A DNA stretch of 64,000 bases from Raja brachyura (GCA_963514005.1 OY740789.1:69192001-69256000), one strand, 5' to 3'. Shown: positions 50,101 through 64,000, counted from the stretch's first letter. Notes: generated by a model from the letters alone, not told the origin. Made by a program: numbers and translations.

Positions 50101-51720
50101 CAGGGTCAATGGTAATCGTATACCTGACAGGCAACCTGCCCAGCTTATCGTCAAACAAAACCTTGTATTGTGTCAGGATTTGATGGTTAAAGTCACAGTC
50201 TGTAGTCAGATGACAAACAAATGGGCTGAAAGAAATCAGACCCCAGCAGAGGGCACATTTTCATGAACCACATAAAAATCCAGGTTGTGGACAAGCGAGT
50301 TAAGACAGCAGCGTAATTCAACTTGACCGATAGGGTGCACTCGACCGCCTGCAAATGGAACAAGTGAGGCAGCCGTTGGAGAAACAATCTCCGTTTTTCG
50401 TAACTTTTGGAACACAGCCAGGCAAATGACGTTGCAGCGGGCCCCTGAATCTACTTTCAGATAAAGAGTTTTGCCATTAATGAGCAAAGCGAACTTGGGG
50501 TCTAGTTGTTTATGCATTAAATCAGACAAAGCATGCACATCGACATCAAAACATTCGCCAGCTGCCTGTAAATCCATGGGAGCTGGTTGTGAGAATTCTG
50601 AGAAGGAGCTTTCACGGCCAAGCGAATTAACAGATTGTCTTGTTTGAACTCTGTTGTTACGTGAACGACAGCACTTAAGGAAATGGTTTATTTTGTTGCA
50701 AAATCGACATAATTTTCCATACGCAGGGCAACGGTTACGAACAGCAGCATATGAACCCCCACAGTTAAAGCAATTGTCAATCAATCTCAGCTTAGCATCA
50801 GGCACTTGAGGAAAACAAGGAGAGATTTGATAAGACATACCAACAGCATTAATTTCACGAGCAGTAGAGTGTTCCAAAACTTTGAAGTGAGCATCAGCCA
50901 TTTCAGCAATGCGACAGCAGTTTTCAGCAGCCTCTAGTTTAAGGTCAGCATCCCGCAGTAGCTCGGCGCGTAATTTAACATTGCGGATGCCATGAACCAA
51001 ACGGTCACGGATAAGGCTATCACATATATCTCTGAAATCGCACTGACTGGCGATGTACTTCAGTGCACTGACGTACAACTCCACAGGTTCCCCCTGTCTC
51101 TGGCACAGTGAAAAAAACAGATGCCGCTCAATAACTAAATTGGTACGTAACTCACATAATTGTCGAAATTTGCGCAGTAGGCAGTCAGGATCTCAAATGG
51201 ATTTAGCAGGAGTAATCTGGACACCAGCCTGGTCAAGTCTAGCCGGTTCATAGTGAAATCTTCTGGCACGACGAGCAACTTCTATGCCTGCCAAATTAAG
51301 AAGGATTGAGGCTCGAACACCAGGATCAGCAGTAGGGTGAGCCGCTTCAATGTAAATTGAGAAATCATCTTCAAATACACACCATCGTTCTGCGAGATCC
51401 TCATCAATTACCAGGACCTCTGGTTTTCTGAGAGCAGAAGCCTTTGCAATACAGTTGAAAAAAAAAACTAAAATAAAAGCAATACAATTAAACAAGGAGT
51501 GAGTGTGTATACTCTGACACCATGTTGCGATGTTGCTGTTCAAATAACTGAAGCCTTACACTGTGATAAAGGTCCAAAGACTTTATTACCGTTACAGCAT
51601 CAGTAACTTCATGCTAGCACATTTCTCTAATAATTTGGGAACCAGGCAGGGAGGGTTACTGTAAAGCTAATGGGCATAACAACAAAGTATAACTCATAAA
51701 ATGAGTGACACTGATCTACA
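47163..51720 (-). mobile_element. Full-length decayed Ty3/Gypsy LTR retrotransposon (Mag-like)
   Basis: 198-bp LTRs at 47163-47360 and 51523-51720; primer-binding site TGGTGTCAGAGT (tRNA-Leu-like) at 51522-51511; polypurine tract next to 47361; gag-PR(DSGA)-RT(IVDD)-RNaseH(DAS)-IN order; TSD AATAG/AATAC. Confidence 0.95.
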
Positions 51721-52334
51721 AATACTATTGTGATATTTGCAATCTTCAGCGGCGTCTCTTGAATCCTACATTTCTTTATAGTGTAGGAGGCAGTCAATTC
51801 AGCCCATTAACGCAGGCTCTCACAGAAATCCCACTAGTCTTTTACTCAATTTATTTTGTTGCAAGTTATCCTTGTAGATTACACGTTTGAAAGAATACAA
51901 ACCATTCCTTCTTGTCACACGTACTTCAACATTTATTACACAAACAGATGCTTATATTGATTCCTGTCAACATCCGTGTCGAATAAGAGTTTGGTTGATG
52001 ATCAGACAATCGAGTTTCTAGGTTTCCGGCTTTAACGTAAATTTTGATCCACTTTGAATCACGTTTGTAAGGGGCACAATCGGAGCATTATGAAGCTATC
52101 AAACTAACTATCAAAGAGCCATATTGTAATCTTAAAATTAAATTAAAACAACATGGAGGAATAAAACCAATCTTCTTAGCTGGCCAGACTAACTAAAATC
52201 AAGATACAACTTTAACTTGCATGCATTCTCCATTCCTTGCCCTAATTGTACAAGACGAGAAAGAGTGCTTGACGTAACAATGCCTGTACAAATCACAAAT
52301 GAATGCAACGTCGCAGCACCTTTATCAATCCAAA

Positions 52335-53853
52335 TCTAGCAGGATAGACTAAGGAGAGTCAGTGGATGTTATTTACTTGGATTTTCGGAAGGCTTTTGAT
52401 ATAGTGTTGTATGTGAGGCTGCTAAACAGGATTAAAGCCCATGGTATTAAGTAAAGATACTAGCATGGATAGAAGCTTGGCTGGATGATAGAAGGCAAAT
52501 AATGGGAATAAAAGGGGACTTTTCTGGTTGGCTGCCGGTGACTAGTGGTGTTTCACAGGAATCAGTGTTGGGTCTACGACTCTTCATGTCGTTTATTAAT
52601 GATTTGGTTGATGGAATTGATGGGTTGGTGGCAGAGTTTGCAGGTGATACAAAGATAGCTGGGGGGCCGGGTAGAGTACATGAAGCAGGGAGTCTGCAGA
52701 GGACTTGTAAAGGTTGGGAGAGTGGTTAAAGAAGTGGCAGATAGAATACAGATAGTTGAGTGTGTGATCATGCACTTTGGAAGTAGGAATAAAGGCTTAG
52801 ACTATTTTCTAAATGGCGAGAGGATTCAGAAATTGGGAGAGTTGGTGCAGGATCTCCAAAAGGTTAATTTGCAAGTTGAATTGGTAGTAAGGAAGGCAAA
52901 TGCAATGTCAGCATTTATTTTGAAAGGACCATAATATAAAAGTAGCGATATGATGCTGAGGCTTTATAAGATACTGCACAGGCCGCATTTGGAATATGCT
53001 GAGCAGTTTGTGCCCCATGTCTGAGCAGGGAATTTACTGGTGTTAGAGAGGATCCAGAGGAGACTTACAAGAAGGATCCCAGGGACGATTTGGTTAACAT
53101 ATGATGAGCATTTGACAGCTCTGGGTCTATACTCACTGGAGTTTAGAAGGATGAGGGAGGATCTCATTTAAACTTACTGAATAATGAAAGGCCTGGATAG
53201 AATGGAAGTTGAGAGGATGTTTCTACTAGTGGGATAATCTAGGACCAGAAGGCACAGCCTCAGAATAAAAGGACGTACCTTCAGAAAGGAGATGAGGAGG
53301 AATTTCTTTAGTTAGGGAGTGGTGAATCCGTGGAATTCATTGCGGAATTCAGTGGAAGGACAAGTCTCTGGGTATTGATAGATTTCTGATGAATAAAGGT
53401 TACATGGAGAAGGCAGGAGAATGGGGTTGAGGGGGAAAATAAATATCAGCCATGACTGAATGGCATAGTAGAATGGCATAGCATCTGCTCCTATGACATG
53501 AACTTGCATCTATGTGCACAGTATGCATAAAACAATATAATTCTTGGAAGATTGAAAGGTGTAAATAGACATAGCAAGATGAAAGCTGCCATTTGGAATT
53601 GAGATGAGGCAAAACTTTTACACCCAGAGTTATGAATCTGTGGAATTCTCTGCCACAGAAGGCAGTGGAGGCCAATTCACTGGATGTTTTCAAGGGAGAG
53701 TTAGATATAGCTCTTAGGGCTGCCAGATCAAGGGATATGGGGAAAAAGCAGGAGCAGGGTACTGATTTTGGATGATCAGCCATGATATTGAATTGCGGTG
53801 CTGGCTTGAAGGGCCAAAAGGCCTACTCCTGCACCTATTTTCTATGTTTCTAT
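52335..53853 (+). mobile_element. Two CR1 LINE fragments (~52335-53500 and ~53595-53853)
   Basis: VDVIYLDFRKAFD, VTSGVSQESVLG and FAGDTKI motifs; CR1 tails. Confidence 0.85.
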
Positions 53854-54339
53854 GAAAAGCTGGTCATTTGGTAATCATTGCTCTTCAATTTTGAAAGGTT
53901 TGCAACCACAAAAGGGGATTCTTATCATTAATAAACAGACTAGGATTTTTAAACCTGATGCTGTTTCTCATTTCAACTATTGGTTAATAAAGCATTAAAC
54001 AGGAAGTTTGTGGAAAAAAAAACCCAAAGTCACGCAAAAGACAAACAAAGAGTTTCACTGTATTTTGGTACACGTGACAATTATAAACCAATACAAAATA
54101 CATAAATGGCACTTTTAGATTAAACTGGCAACACTATTTCTGATTAAAAAATGTAAAGAAAGGGAACATCGATTTGAACTGTTAAAAGCTTTTTAGCATT
54201 ATCAACCATGTTTGGGCAAAGTTATTATTTGGCAGATTACTTTCTTTAACCTGGCAAAATTCTGAGAACCACAAACAGCCATCTACACAACCACAAAACA
54301 ACAAAAGGTGCATTTTATACTAGATATGTGATTACTCAC

Positions 54340-54468
54340 CATCAAATGGGAAGTCACTGATGAGCTTGCTGGGCTGATAATGTGATGAGATATCTAAAAA
54401 TGCCAATAGCTTGTTTCTATATTCTCCCAACTCCCCTTCTTCCTTTCCAGCAGGAACTGGGATCTCAT
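54340..54468 (-). CDS. VPS39: VPS39 exon (D)EIPVPAGKEEGELGEYRNKLLAFLDISSHYQPSKLISDFPFD(G)
   Basis: 129 nt, AG/GTGAGT, phase 1 to 1. Confidence 0.96.
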
Positions 54469-55432
54469 CTGCAAAAAAACAACTCAACACAATTATAATC
54501 CATTTGTTATAAACACGCATGTTATTAGAGAAAGGAAACAAACAATTCAGGGTGTTCCAAAGCACTTAACAGAAATAAAATATCTTGTAATATATGAAAT
54601 GTGGCATCCAATTTTGGCAAATAAAGCTCCCTCAACAACCCAGATAATCTATTTTTATAACTCTGCTTGCACAATAAATACTATGAATGAGGATTAATTG
54701 CCTTGTTCTCCTTTGAAATAAGGTAATGGAATTGTTTGGGATTGAGTGGGAAAGATAGATCAGGCATGAATGAATGACGGAGGTAGACTTGATAGCCCAA
54801 ATGGCCTAATTCTACTTTTACAACTTATGAACATATGCCATGTATGATCTCTGATCTTGGCACTGTTGAATACACATGTTATGAGACGTTTTAAAATTGA
54901 ACTATAATGTGTTAAATTGCAAACAGATATTTGAAATAAAAAGAACATTTAAATATCACCCTGTCATAAATATTTACATAAAACAGCTAATGGCAATTGC
55001 CCTAAAGAGTGGTAAATATTGGCTGTCTCAATCTTAGAGACATGCAGCATGGAAACAGGGACTTCAGCTCTCCAGTCCGTCTCGACCATCAACCATCCAT
55101 TTACACTAATCCTATATTACCCCATTTAAAAAAAAAATCCCAGATTCTACCAGTCACCTGCACACAGGAGGCAATTTAGAGGCCAATTAACCGACCGTCC
55201 CGCTCATCTTTGGAATGTGGGAGTAAACTGGAACATCCAGAAGAAACCAATGCAGTCATATGGAGATTCCAAACAGCACTTGAGGTTGGGATTGAAACCT
55301 CATTACCAATGTTGTGAGCCAACAGTTCTACAAGCTAGACTTGCACCACACTCTGTATTGAAGATACCTTTCTTCATATATCCCCTCACTTTCAAAAATC
55401 TCATAACTGCACATCCAGGTTAAAGGTTATAG

Positions 55433-56469
55433 TAGGTATGTTACAATACCTACCTTTAGCAGCGCTGCAGTTCTGTCGCTCCCCGTGTGCGCGACTTTGG
55501 CGCCTTTCAGAGGGGGGGCGGGTTTAAAATGTCGATTTTTTCTAGGCAGTCCAAATCGATCCATGTCGGGCGATTTCGTCGCTAAAGAGAAATCGCTCCG
55601 ACATTTCATTCATAAAGGTATTTTTAAACTATGCTAGATTATTTATTAATTAGAGTAGTTTAAAAATCATCTTCTAAAGCTCTGAATGGTGACAGCGGAA
55701 CAGACCTAAGGTAGGTGAAAAAAGAAGCTACACAGTTTATTTTTACATAAAAACTTGGTTTTTAGGAAGGCTTTAATCATATTTTCATGTTGCGAAAAAG
55801 GGACCAAAAAAAATGTATGAACCGGCTGTATTTTTCATACTGACTTCATCGCAAACCGCAACATTCCAATCCACCGCATTCCACTACAACCCACTCGCTA
55901 GTTGATTTAAATGGCCATTAATTTACAGGCATTAAACACTAAATTCCTTCCATTTGGCCTATAAATTCATGAAAATTAGATTTTTAAATTATGTTATATT
56001 GTGGATTATTGTGTGAATGTTATTTGGACACTTAGGCAATTTAAGAAAACGTTTATCATTTCTTAAGAAATGGATAGATGTTTAGATCTACTCATTGAAT
56101 TTTGTAATTAGCTACAATTAGACAACTAACTAATTATATGCTTTAATTTCAGGTCATCCAAGTAAGATTGTTTCATATTTGTTTCAGAATGCTTCAATCT
56201 ATAATAACTGAAAATTTCATTGAGTTCTCTTAATTTTTAAGAAAGTTATGGGCTTTTAACTGTTCTAGATCACAACTTTTGAGTTAAGTCAATTGACAGG
56301 CGATGGGGAACAAGATGCTAATTTCCGAGTATGAAAATGGTCATAACTTTCTTAATACTTAAGATATGAAAGTGAATTAGGTGTCAAATTAAACTTCTTT
56401 TTATGCTTTATCTGGTGGGATAAATTGCAGGCTTGATTTTTAAAATCTCAAAATGTTGTGACATTGCTA
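55433..56469. mobile_element. Non-autonomous DNA transposon with TAG...CTA termini and a 7-bp TSD
   Basis: Imperfect TIRs TAGGTATGTTACAA and TTGTGACATTGCTA; GTTATAG at 55426-55432 and 56470-56476. Confidence 0.75.
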
Positions 56470-56931
56470 GTTATAGGAGGAAAGATACAAGAGAAAAAGG
56501 AAAACTAACAAGAAGTCAAATGATGCAAAATTCATTGCCACTTCCCAGTGTTACATTATTCACTTTCCACTTAAAATGTAACCTGGTATAATTTTCTTTG
56601 AAAGGAAGAAGGACAATGTGACAACATAATATTCATGCTATTGGTTAAAGCATTGATGGAAGATGATTGTTTAGTTCTACCTCCCACAATATTATGGTAC
56701 AGTGTTAATGCAGAATGGCTGGGGGTCATATTTATGTGATAAGATGCACCAAGTTGGGAGCAATGGCGATCAGTGCAACATCACCACAATGGTGATCAGT
56801 GAAATTCTTCAAGGAAGTCCTTTCATGAAAGAGGAGTTGAAAAATTGGCAACATAAACCAAATCATTTTGTTCACAACTGAGAAAATAGCATTGTTCTCC
56901 AGCAGAGATCCTCTGCTGACCTGGTCCTTAC

Positions 56932-57049
56932 CCTCAGGTAGAGAGTTCAGGTAGTCCTTCATGAGGGCTTGTACTTTTTCACGGTACAATTGGATCAGGC
57001 AGTTGTGGAAGACTGACCCCGTTTCATCCCAGGTATAAATGATGTGTTC
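56932..57049 (-). CDS. VPS39: VPS39 exon EHIIYTWDETGSVFHNCLIQLYREKVQALMKDYLNSLPE
   Basis: 118 nt, AG/GTAAG, phase 0 to 1. Confidence 0.96.
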
Positions 57050-57204
57050 CTTGGAAAGAAGATAAACAAAATAATCACAAAGACCTAACATAGCAATTGA
57101 TTGGTAAGAGGGCATTGATGAACTGCATCTCAGGTCCAAAGTAATGACATACAGCCAATTTTCACTGTATCAGTTTTCGCAAAGAATTATAGTGAAATGT
57201 AGTT

Positions 57205-58220
57205 TCTGGATGAGATTTATGAGTCGTTAATAAATACAGGCGAGGTGCCGGAAGACTGGAGGGTGAATGTTGTGCCTCTATACAAAAAGGGCTGCAAGGA
57301 AAAGGCTGGGAACGACAGGCCAGTGAGCTTAATATCTGCGGTCAGTAAGTTACCAGAAAGTATGCTGAGGTATAGGATATGCGTACATTTAGATGGACAA
57401 GGGCTGATTATGGATAGTCAACATGGTTTTATAGGTGGGAGGTTGTGTCTCACAAATCTGATTGGTTTTTGAGCATGTGACCAAAAACGTCGATGAAGGC
57501 ACAGCTGTGGACGTTGTATACATGGATTGCAGTCAGGCATTCGATATGGTTCTGCATGGCAGGCTGCTATCGAAGGTTAGATCCCATGCGTTACAAGGAG
57601 AGATAGCTGAATTAATAGAAAATTGTCTCCATCGAAGGAATGAGGGGAAAATTTTGGAAGGTTGCTTTTTGGACTGGAGGCCTGTGACCTGTGGTGTGCC
57701 ACAGTTGGGTGCTGGTCCCATTGCTGTTTATCATCTATATCAATGATTTGGATACAAACGTACATGGCATGATTATCAAGTTTGCAGATGTCACAAAAAT
57801 GAGTGATATTGTAGTAAATAGTGAAGATGGTAGTCAAAAATTGCAGCAGGATCTTGATCGGTTGGGCAGGTGGGCTGAGGAATGGTTGATTGACTCGAGG
57901 GCCTGAGCTATAGGGAGAGATTGAGCAGACTATTCCTTGGAGCACAGGAGGATGAGGGGTGATCTTATAGAGGTGTACAAAAACATGAAAGGAATAGATC
58001 GGGTAGAAGCACAGAGTCTCTTGCCCAGAATAGGGGAATCGAAAACCAGAGGACACAGGTTTAAGATACTATCGTAACCTTTAAGAAACATTAGGAAGAT
58101 GGAAAATGTACATGGAAAAGACAGATTTTTGAGGGATTTGAGCCAAACGCAGGCAAGTGGGACTGGTGTAGATGGGACATGTTGGCCGGTGTGGGAAAGT
58201 TGCTGTAAGACTCTATGACT
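57205..58220 (+). mobile_element. Decayed, internally deleted CR1 RT fragment; other CR1 remnants at ~5920-6300, 44370-44870 (-), 58680-59825 (-) and 63410-64000
   Basis: PEDWRVNVVPLYKKG, QHGF and LFIIYINDLD motifs. Confidence 0.82.
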
Positions 58221-60030
58221 AGGAAATACTGAAATGTTACGTCACAGAAATCAAACCTGAGAGCACCTTCACAGAAGTTGTAATCCTTTCTATGTTTGTT
58301 TTAAATTAAATGCAAGCGCTCAATCAGGAAAAACAGCTTAAAGAGGCTGCAGAAGAAAGAAAACAGAGTAAACTTCAATTTGGTAATGAGGAGCAGTGAA
58401 GCAGAACATGTGGTGGAGGGCATGGCCAGGAGGGGAGCCATTAATTAGGTTTACATCAGGTTCATGCAATTATCCACAGTGCTTTAATCCCAAAGCAAAA
58501 CTCGACAGATGCTAGAACACTGAAATAAAACAAAATAATGCAAATATTCAGCAAGTTAGATAGCCTAGGAAGAGAGAAACCGTGTTGACATTTCAACTGA
58601 TGTTCTTTCATCAGAACAGTGAAAAAGATATATATAATGTTTTAACTTGCAGAGAAGGGGGGCAGAAAAAGATAAACCTATAGAACAAATATCAGTCCAG
58701 TACAGGAACAGACCATTTGACCCATGATTCCTGTGCCAAACAGATATGCCAAACTAATTCCTTCTGCCTGCACATGACACATATCCCTCCATTCCCTGCA
58801 TATCTATCTGCGATAATCTAAAAACCTCGTATTGTATGTGATTCCACTACTCCTGGCATCATCTGCCAGGCACTGATCACTATGTCTACAAAATACTGCA
58901 CATTTCCTTTAAACATTCCCACTCTCATCTTAAAACTATGCCCTCAAGTATTTGACATCTTCACGCTGGGAAAATGATCTGACTGTCTATCCTATCCATG
59001 CCTCTCATAACTTTATTAACTTCCGTCAGGACTCCCCTCAGCCCCTGGATTCCAGAGAAAACAATCCAACCTCTCCCTATCGCATACCTTTTAATCAATG
59101 CAGCATCCTGGTAAAACCTTTCTGCACCCTCACCAAAATCTCCATATCCTTCCTGTAATGGAACAACCAAAACTGCACACAATATTGCAAATGCAGCGTA
59201 AACAAAGTGTTTTAAAGTTGCAACACAACTCCCTGACCTTTATATTCAATGCCAAACCCAATGAAGACAAGTATACTATACACCTTTGTTTAACCACTAC
59301 ATCTATTTGGGTTGCCACTTTCAGGGAGCCAAGTACCTGGATCCCAATGTTCCTCTGTACCTCAATGCTGTTAAAGATTCTGCCATTTACTGTATACTTT
59401 TCCTATTTTGTTTGACCTCCCAAAATGCAACATCTCGCACTTGCCCAGATCAAACTCAGTCTAGCATTTCTCCGCCCATAACTGTAGCTGATCTACATTT
59501 TGACATCCTGATGACATCGGGAGGAGAATGGGGAGTGTAGGGGAGAGATAAGACTTTGCCTTCCATCACAGTGAGGAGGAGCTTCACTGTGATGGATGTT
59601 TATGTAAATTGTGTTGTGTTTTGGGTTTTTTTCTTGTTTGTATGACTGCAGAAACTAAATTTTGTTTGAACTTCAATGAGGTTCAAATGACAATAAACGG
59701 TATTGTATTGTATTGTATTGTATTTACTGTATCCTTTGACAGCCGCCTTCATTGCCGCAATTCCACCAATTTTTGTTTTGTCTGCAAATTTACTAACCAA
59801 TCCATCTACATTTTCATCCACATCATTTATGATCTCTGTGATAGATTAAGGACATGAGAGATTAAATGACAAAAATGGTGCAAGATAAAAGGCGGTAAAA
59901 GCATCTGTAGATAGAAAAAGTTAGATCCGGTGCTGATGTAAGTAGGGTTCATTGGAACATTGTAAGAGGCTGAAGGTAGATACAGTGCAAGTAGCGTGCA
60001 GACTTCGAGTGACAGACAAATAGTTATGGG

Positions 60031-60800
60031 CAGGGCCGGCCTTAGGAGGTGCGGGGCCCAATTGGGAACAATTTTGGTGAGCCCCTGGTTCCCAGCCAAG
60101 GTCTGTAGATTCATAGAACTATAATTAAAGTCTATTATAGACTTTATATCTCTATGGTAGAATGGAAAGTAATCAAAATGTGCGCTTAAAAAGTGCATGT
60201 GACTTAATGGACCAAACAGATCTAAGCTACATTTTAATATAAAATTGCATACATATAAGCCTACAAGTAACAAACAAAATGTGTAGATCACCTCTGAAAA
60301 GTACATAGTTACAATATCATTTGTTTTAGTGAATGAAATGGAAAAAAAGTGATTTAATTAAATAAATCCTGGAAAACCAATAACCATTGGTGAAAAACCA
60401 GTCCAGCCATTACATTTTGGGCTTCAGCACCATCATAGCCTTTGGGCCTCTACCCCATCCTAACTGTGTGTTAGTTATCTGTGCGTAATGTGTGTGTGGG
60501 AGGGAAGGAGAGAAGGGAGGGAGGGAGAGAGGGATGGAGGGAGGGAGAGAAGGGAGAAAGGACAGAAGGGAGGGAGGGAGGGAAGTAGAGAAAGGAGGAA
60601 GGAGAAAAAGAAGGGATGGAGCAAATGAAAGAAGGGAAAAGTGAGAGGAAGGAGGGAGGGAAGAAGGGAAGGAGAGAAGGGAGGGAGAGGGCCGGCGGCA
60701 GGAGCGAATGCCAGGAGAGTAGATTACCCTGGCGCGGGGCCCCCTTACTCGCGGGGCCCAATTAGGAGCAATCAGTTCAATCGGCTTAAGGCCGGCCTTG
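60031..60800. mobile_element. Non-autonomous hAT element
   Basis: TIRs CAGGGCCGGCCTTA and TAAGGCCGGCCTTG; perfect 8-bp TSD GTTATGGG. Confidence 0.92.
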
Positions 60801-61881
60801 GTTATGGGTCACCTTTGCACATTTTACAAAGGTGCTTTGCAATGCAGATGTGCAATCTGCAATTAGTTTCCCTATTGCGGAGAAAAATTTTTGAGCATGA
60901 ATGTAGCATATTAAATTGAAGGTAGTGCACAAAAGTTGTTTCACCAAGAAAGTGTTCATGGTGCCTTGTTTGATCAGGAGAACTAAAAGGACAGGTGTGG
61001 TATTTGCTGCAAATACATGGAAAAGTGCCAATGGAAGGGAAACTAGCATTGATGGATACAAGAGGGTGAACCAGAATGCACCAGAGATTGCGGAAATGGG
61101 TGTCACTAAACCTGCAGTAAACACATATTTATTTAAATCTATAATAAAGGGATACATTCTTTGTAAAGGCAGTTTTGTAAACTTCACACAAAGATTTTGA
61201 CCAAACATAATGTTGTAGTACACTGTGAGGAGCCAATGGCTCTGCAAATGAACCTTTATTTTTTAAACAAAAGAGGCTCTTAGCCAAAGGAAACGTGGGC
61301 CAGGCAGTCAGGTATTAATTGAAATTTAACTCTCACCTTTGAACCCATATCTTTGGTTGCCAAAAATGTACAGAAATAAAGGAACCTCCGCTTGAATTCT
61401 CCAAATGCCTTTGCAAATGTATAAGCTCATAATATTGCTACTGCGAAACACGTTGGTTGGAGGCCACTCCACCCCCTCAGGTGGATGGTGCTATTTTGAA
61501 GAGCAAGAGATATCCTGGCTTTCTGGCCAATCCTCATCTTCCAATCAACATCATTAATATAGCTTCAGCCATTATCTCATTGCCACTGAGAGAGCCTGCT
61601 GTGCATGCTTTGAACATGAGAATAATAGCAGCAGCTCCAAAGATATTTACCTGGCTGCAAAGTTATTTTTCTCAAAGTTATGGACCAATGCAGTGTATTT
61701 TTTTATATTTCCATCTCCATCAATTGCTCCTCCACCCTTGTCTACATGCATCACCTTGGGGGGGGGGGGGTTGGTTTGGGCCGTGTGAAAGCCAAGTGAC
61801 ATGTTTGTATAGGCTGTTAGTAAAGTGGGCACATTACTTCAAGTGATGTTAATACCATCTCTAATTATGAACAGTCCTTAC

Positions 61882-61980
61882 CAGATATGGAATAGCAAGG
61901 TCCTTGCAGCTTTCCTTCAGGAATTCCAATACTTTGTCCCTTGGTAGATTTTCCACTTCGGGGAGATCTTCTGTAAATAC
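61882..61980 (-). CDS. VPS39: VPS39 exon VFTEDLPEVENLPRDKVLEFLKESCKDLAIPYL
   Basis: 99 nt, AG/GTAAG, phase 0 to 0. Confidence 0.96.
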
Positions 61981-62298
61981 CTAAATGAAAGGAGTCATGT
62001 GAACCAATTTAATGTATTCTTTGCTCAACTAATCTGGATACTTAAACTCTGAGACTCTGCTCCAAACAGACTTTGGTTTGTCACGCCACAGTGTGATGAA
62101 GTCCCAACACTTTATCACAGTGCCGCTGCTAAATAGCACCCGCTCACTATTAAACTCTATCAAACAATGTCAAATAACATTAACAAATTACATGTATTAA
62201 AGCAGATGGCAGAAATCAATGGGAAGTTACTGTAATTATAGTAAAAAAAACTATTATACATGTTATTAAACAAATAAGAACCAAAACAAAACACCTAC

Positions 62299-62372
62299 CT
62301 TTAATCCATCTTCAGGACACGCTTTGAGGACCCAGAGAGAAAATTCAAAAATAATATTCAAGTTTTCTTTCC
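62299..62372 (-). CDS. VPS39: VPS39 exon (G)KENLNIIFEFSLWVLKACPEDGLK
   Basis: 74 nt, AG/GTAGG, phase 1 to 0. Confidence 0.95.
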
Positions 62373-62849
62373 CTGCAAATAAACACAATAGAAAGCAGGT
62401 TCAAGAACATTTATTCTACAATATATACAATGCATAGATTAACTGTAACAAGTTAAAATGAATCAAATTTCAAATGTAAAAACTCCAAAAGGCTATCCAA
62501 ATGATAATATTCTCAAAACCCTTCCCTTCAGCTTCTGTATGCAAGTTTAATTATGGGCACAGATTAAGTATTAATACTGACATAATTTGAACAGAAGTGC
62601 TCGTCAACAACGCTTCAAAACTCAATCTCTGCATTCAATGTCCGCATAGATATACTATTCAGAAGTTACTGCACAGGGTGAGCAGCAGTTTCCTTCTTCA
62701 TTGCCCATAATTGGAACCTGAAAACTACAGCTAGACAGCTCACCCAAGGCATTTATTCACGTCTCAGTTATTTAATTGGTTTCTTCATGAGGTCATTGAG
62801 ATAGAAAATATGCACATATGCTATCAATATGCACATAACTATTACTAAC

Positions 62850-62936
62850 CCAGTCTTTGCAGGTATTGCACAGTTCGCTCATGTCCTTTCAATGGTGAAT
62901 TGGCTTTTTTTGCCTGATCTAGCAGGACTTGCAAAG
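62850..62936 (-). CDS. VPS39: VPS39 exon (A)LQVLLDQAKKANSPLKGHERTVQYLQRL(G); the gene continues beyond the window
   Basis: 87 nt, AG/GTTAGT, phase 1 to 1. Confidence 0.95.
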
Positions 62937-64000
62937 CTGCAAGGAAACCACAACAGTAAATGAAACATTATTTAATAACAAGGAAAGGGGTGGTAGACAC
63001 AGCTAGAATGGAAAATACAACCACAACACAACTTTTAAAATTGATGACGATGTGCCATAGACCAGTCTTTTATTCATGAATACAAAGTGAAAAGGGTAAT
63101 CCCATTGTGCTGTTTCATATGATGAGACTATTCAACAGCATTCTTAGAGAGAAACTATTTCCTCTTGTGTTAAATGACCTCAAAACTGATTCCAGAGAAC
63201 ATTGTTTCACGCAAATGCAAGAAAAAGCAATTGAGAATGGGTCAATTAAAAAAGTTCCAAAACTGACTTGAAGCTCGGTTTGGCATGGTGAATTAGGTTT
63301 ATAGAACCATATCAAATAGCTTTCATTTTCTTATCGACAGGATGTGCACGGATGGCAAGGTCAGCATTTATTGTCATTCCAAATCATTCTCAAGAAAGGG
63401 GGGGTGAGTTCACTTGTTTGAGATGTATATACAAATGATTTGTATGAAAATATAGATTGCCAGAGTTGTGGATTGTGAGGAAAGTTATCAAAGGAAATTT
63501 GGGCAGAGAAGTGATAAGAGTTTAATCTGGGCATGTGTGATGGGTTGCAGTTTGGAAGATCAAATGCAAGAGGAGAGCGTACAGTTAGTAACAGGATCCT
63601 TAAGAGTATTGGTGTACAGTAGAATCTTGTGGTGAATGTCCATAGTTCTTTGAAAGTGGCAATACAAGTGGATAGAGTGGTAAAGAATAGTAAGATTTGT
63701 TTGCCTTCATCGGTTGGAGCATTGAATACAAGAGGTAGAAAAGCTTGTTGCGGCTGTGTAAAACATTGCTTAGGCCATATTTGGAGTATTGTGTGCAGTG
63801 ATGGTTACCACATTATAAGAAGGATGTGAAGGTGTGGAGAAGGTGCAGAAGAAATTCAACAGGATGTTTCCCAGATTAAGGAATATTCAATTTAAGGAGA
63901 GGTTGGACAAACTTAGATAGTTTTGTCTGGAGTGTCGGAGGCTACCTGATAGAAGTAGATAAAATTAGGACAGACAATGATTGAATAGGTAGACAAGGTC

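Noticed and set aside
60471-61846. ORFs of 90-150 aa inside the VPS39 intron
   Set aside because: They are purine-repeat or unrecognisable translations with no motifs.

Overview
This is vertebrate genomic DNA, most likely from a cartilaginous fish (skate or ray), judged from its SINE, CR1 and Penelope repeat content; it is not prokaryotic. The only intact gene is the 3' half of VPS39 on the minus strand: 11 GT-AG exons with consistent phases from 62936 down to the TGA stop at 28774, with the gene continuing past the window end. Two CHUK/IKKalpha-like exons lie at 5805-6582; the first is disabled. The first ~3.6 kb is an A-tract/CTCGAG satellite. The rest is dense with transposons: a Penelope-like GIY-YIG element, a complete but decayed Gypsy element, an IR/DR Tc1, CR1, Rex1, Vingi and L1 fragments, tRNA-derived SINEs, several hAT/Harbinger/Tc1-mariner MITEs and a Helitron end. 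The most notable observations are (1) many short Penelope-derived elements carrying a minimal hammerhead-ribozyme core, several inserted as palindromes, (2) a tRNA-Lys/SINE chimera, (3) a Helitron carrying a ~530 bp copy of the neighbouring intron, and (4) possible decayed C2-domain exons downstream of VPS39. All homology calls come from motif recognition by eye, not database searches. Repeat boundaries without a stated target-site duplication (TSD) are approximate.
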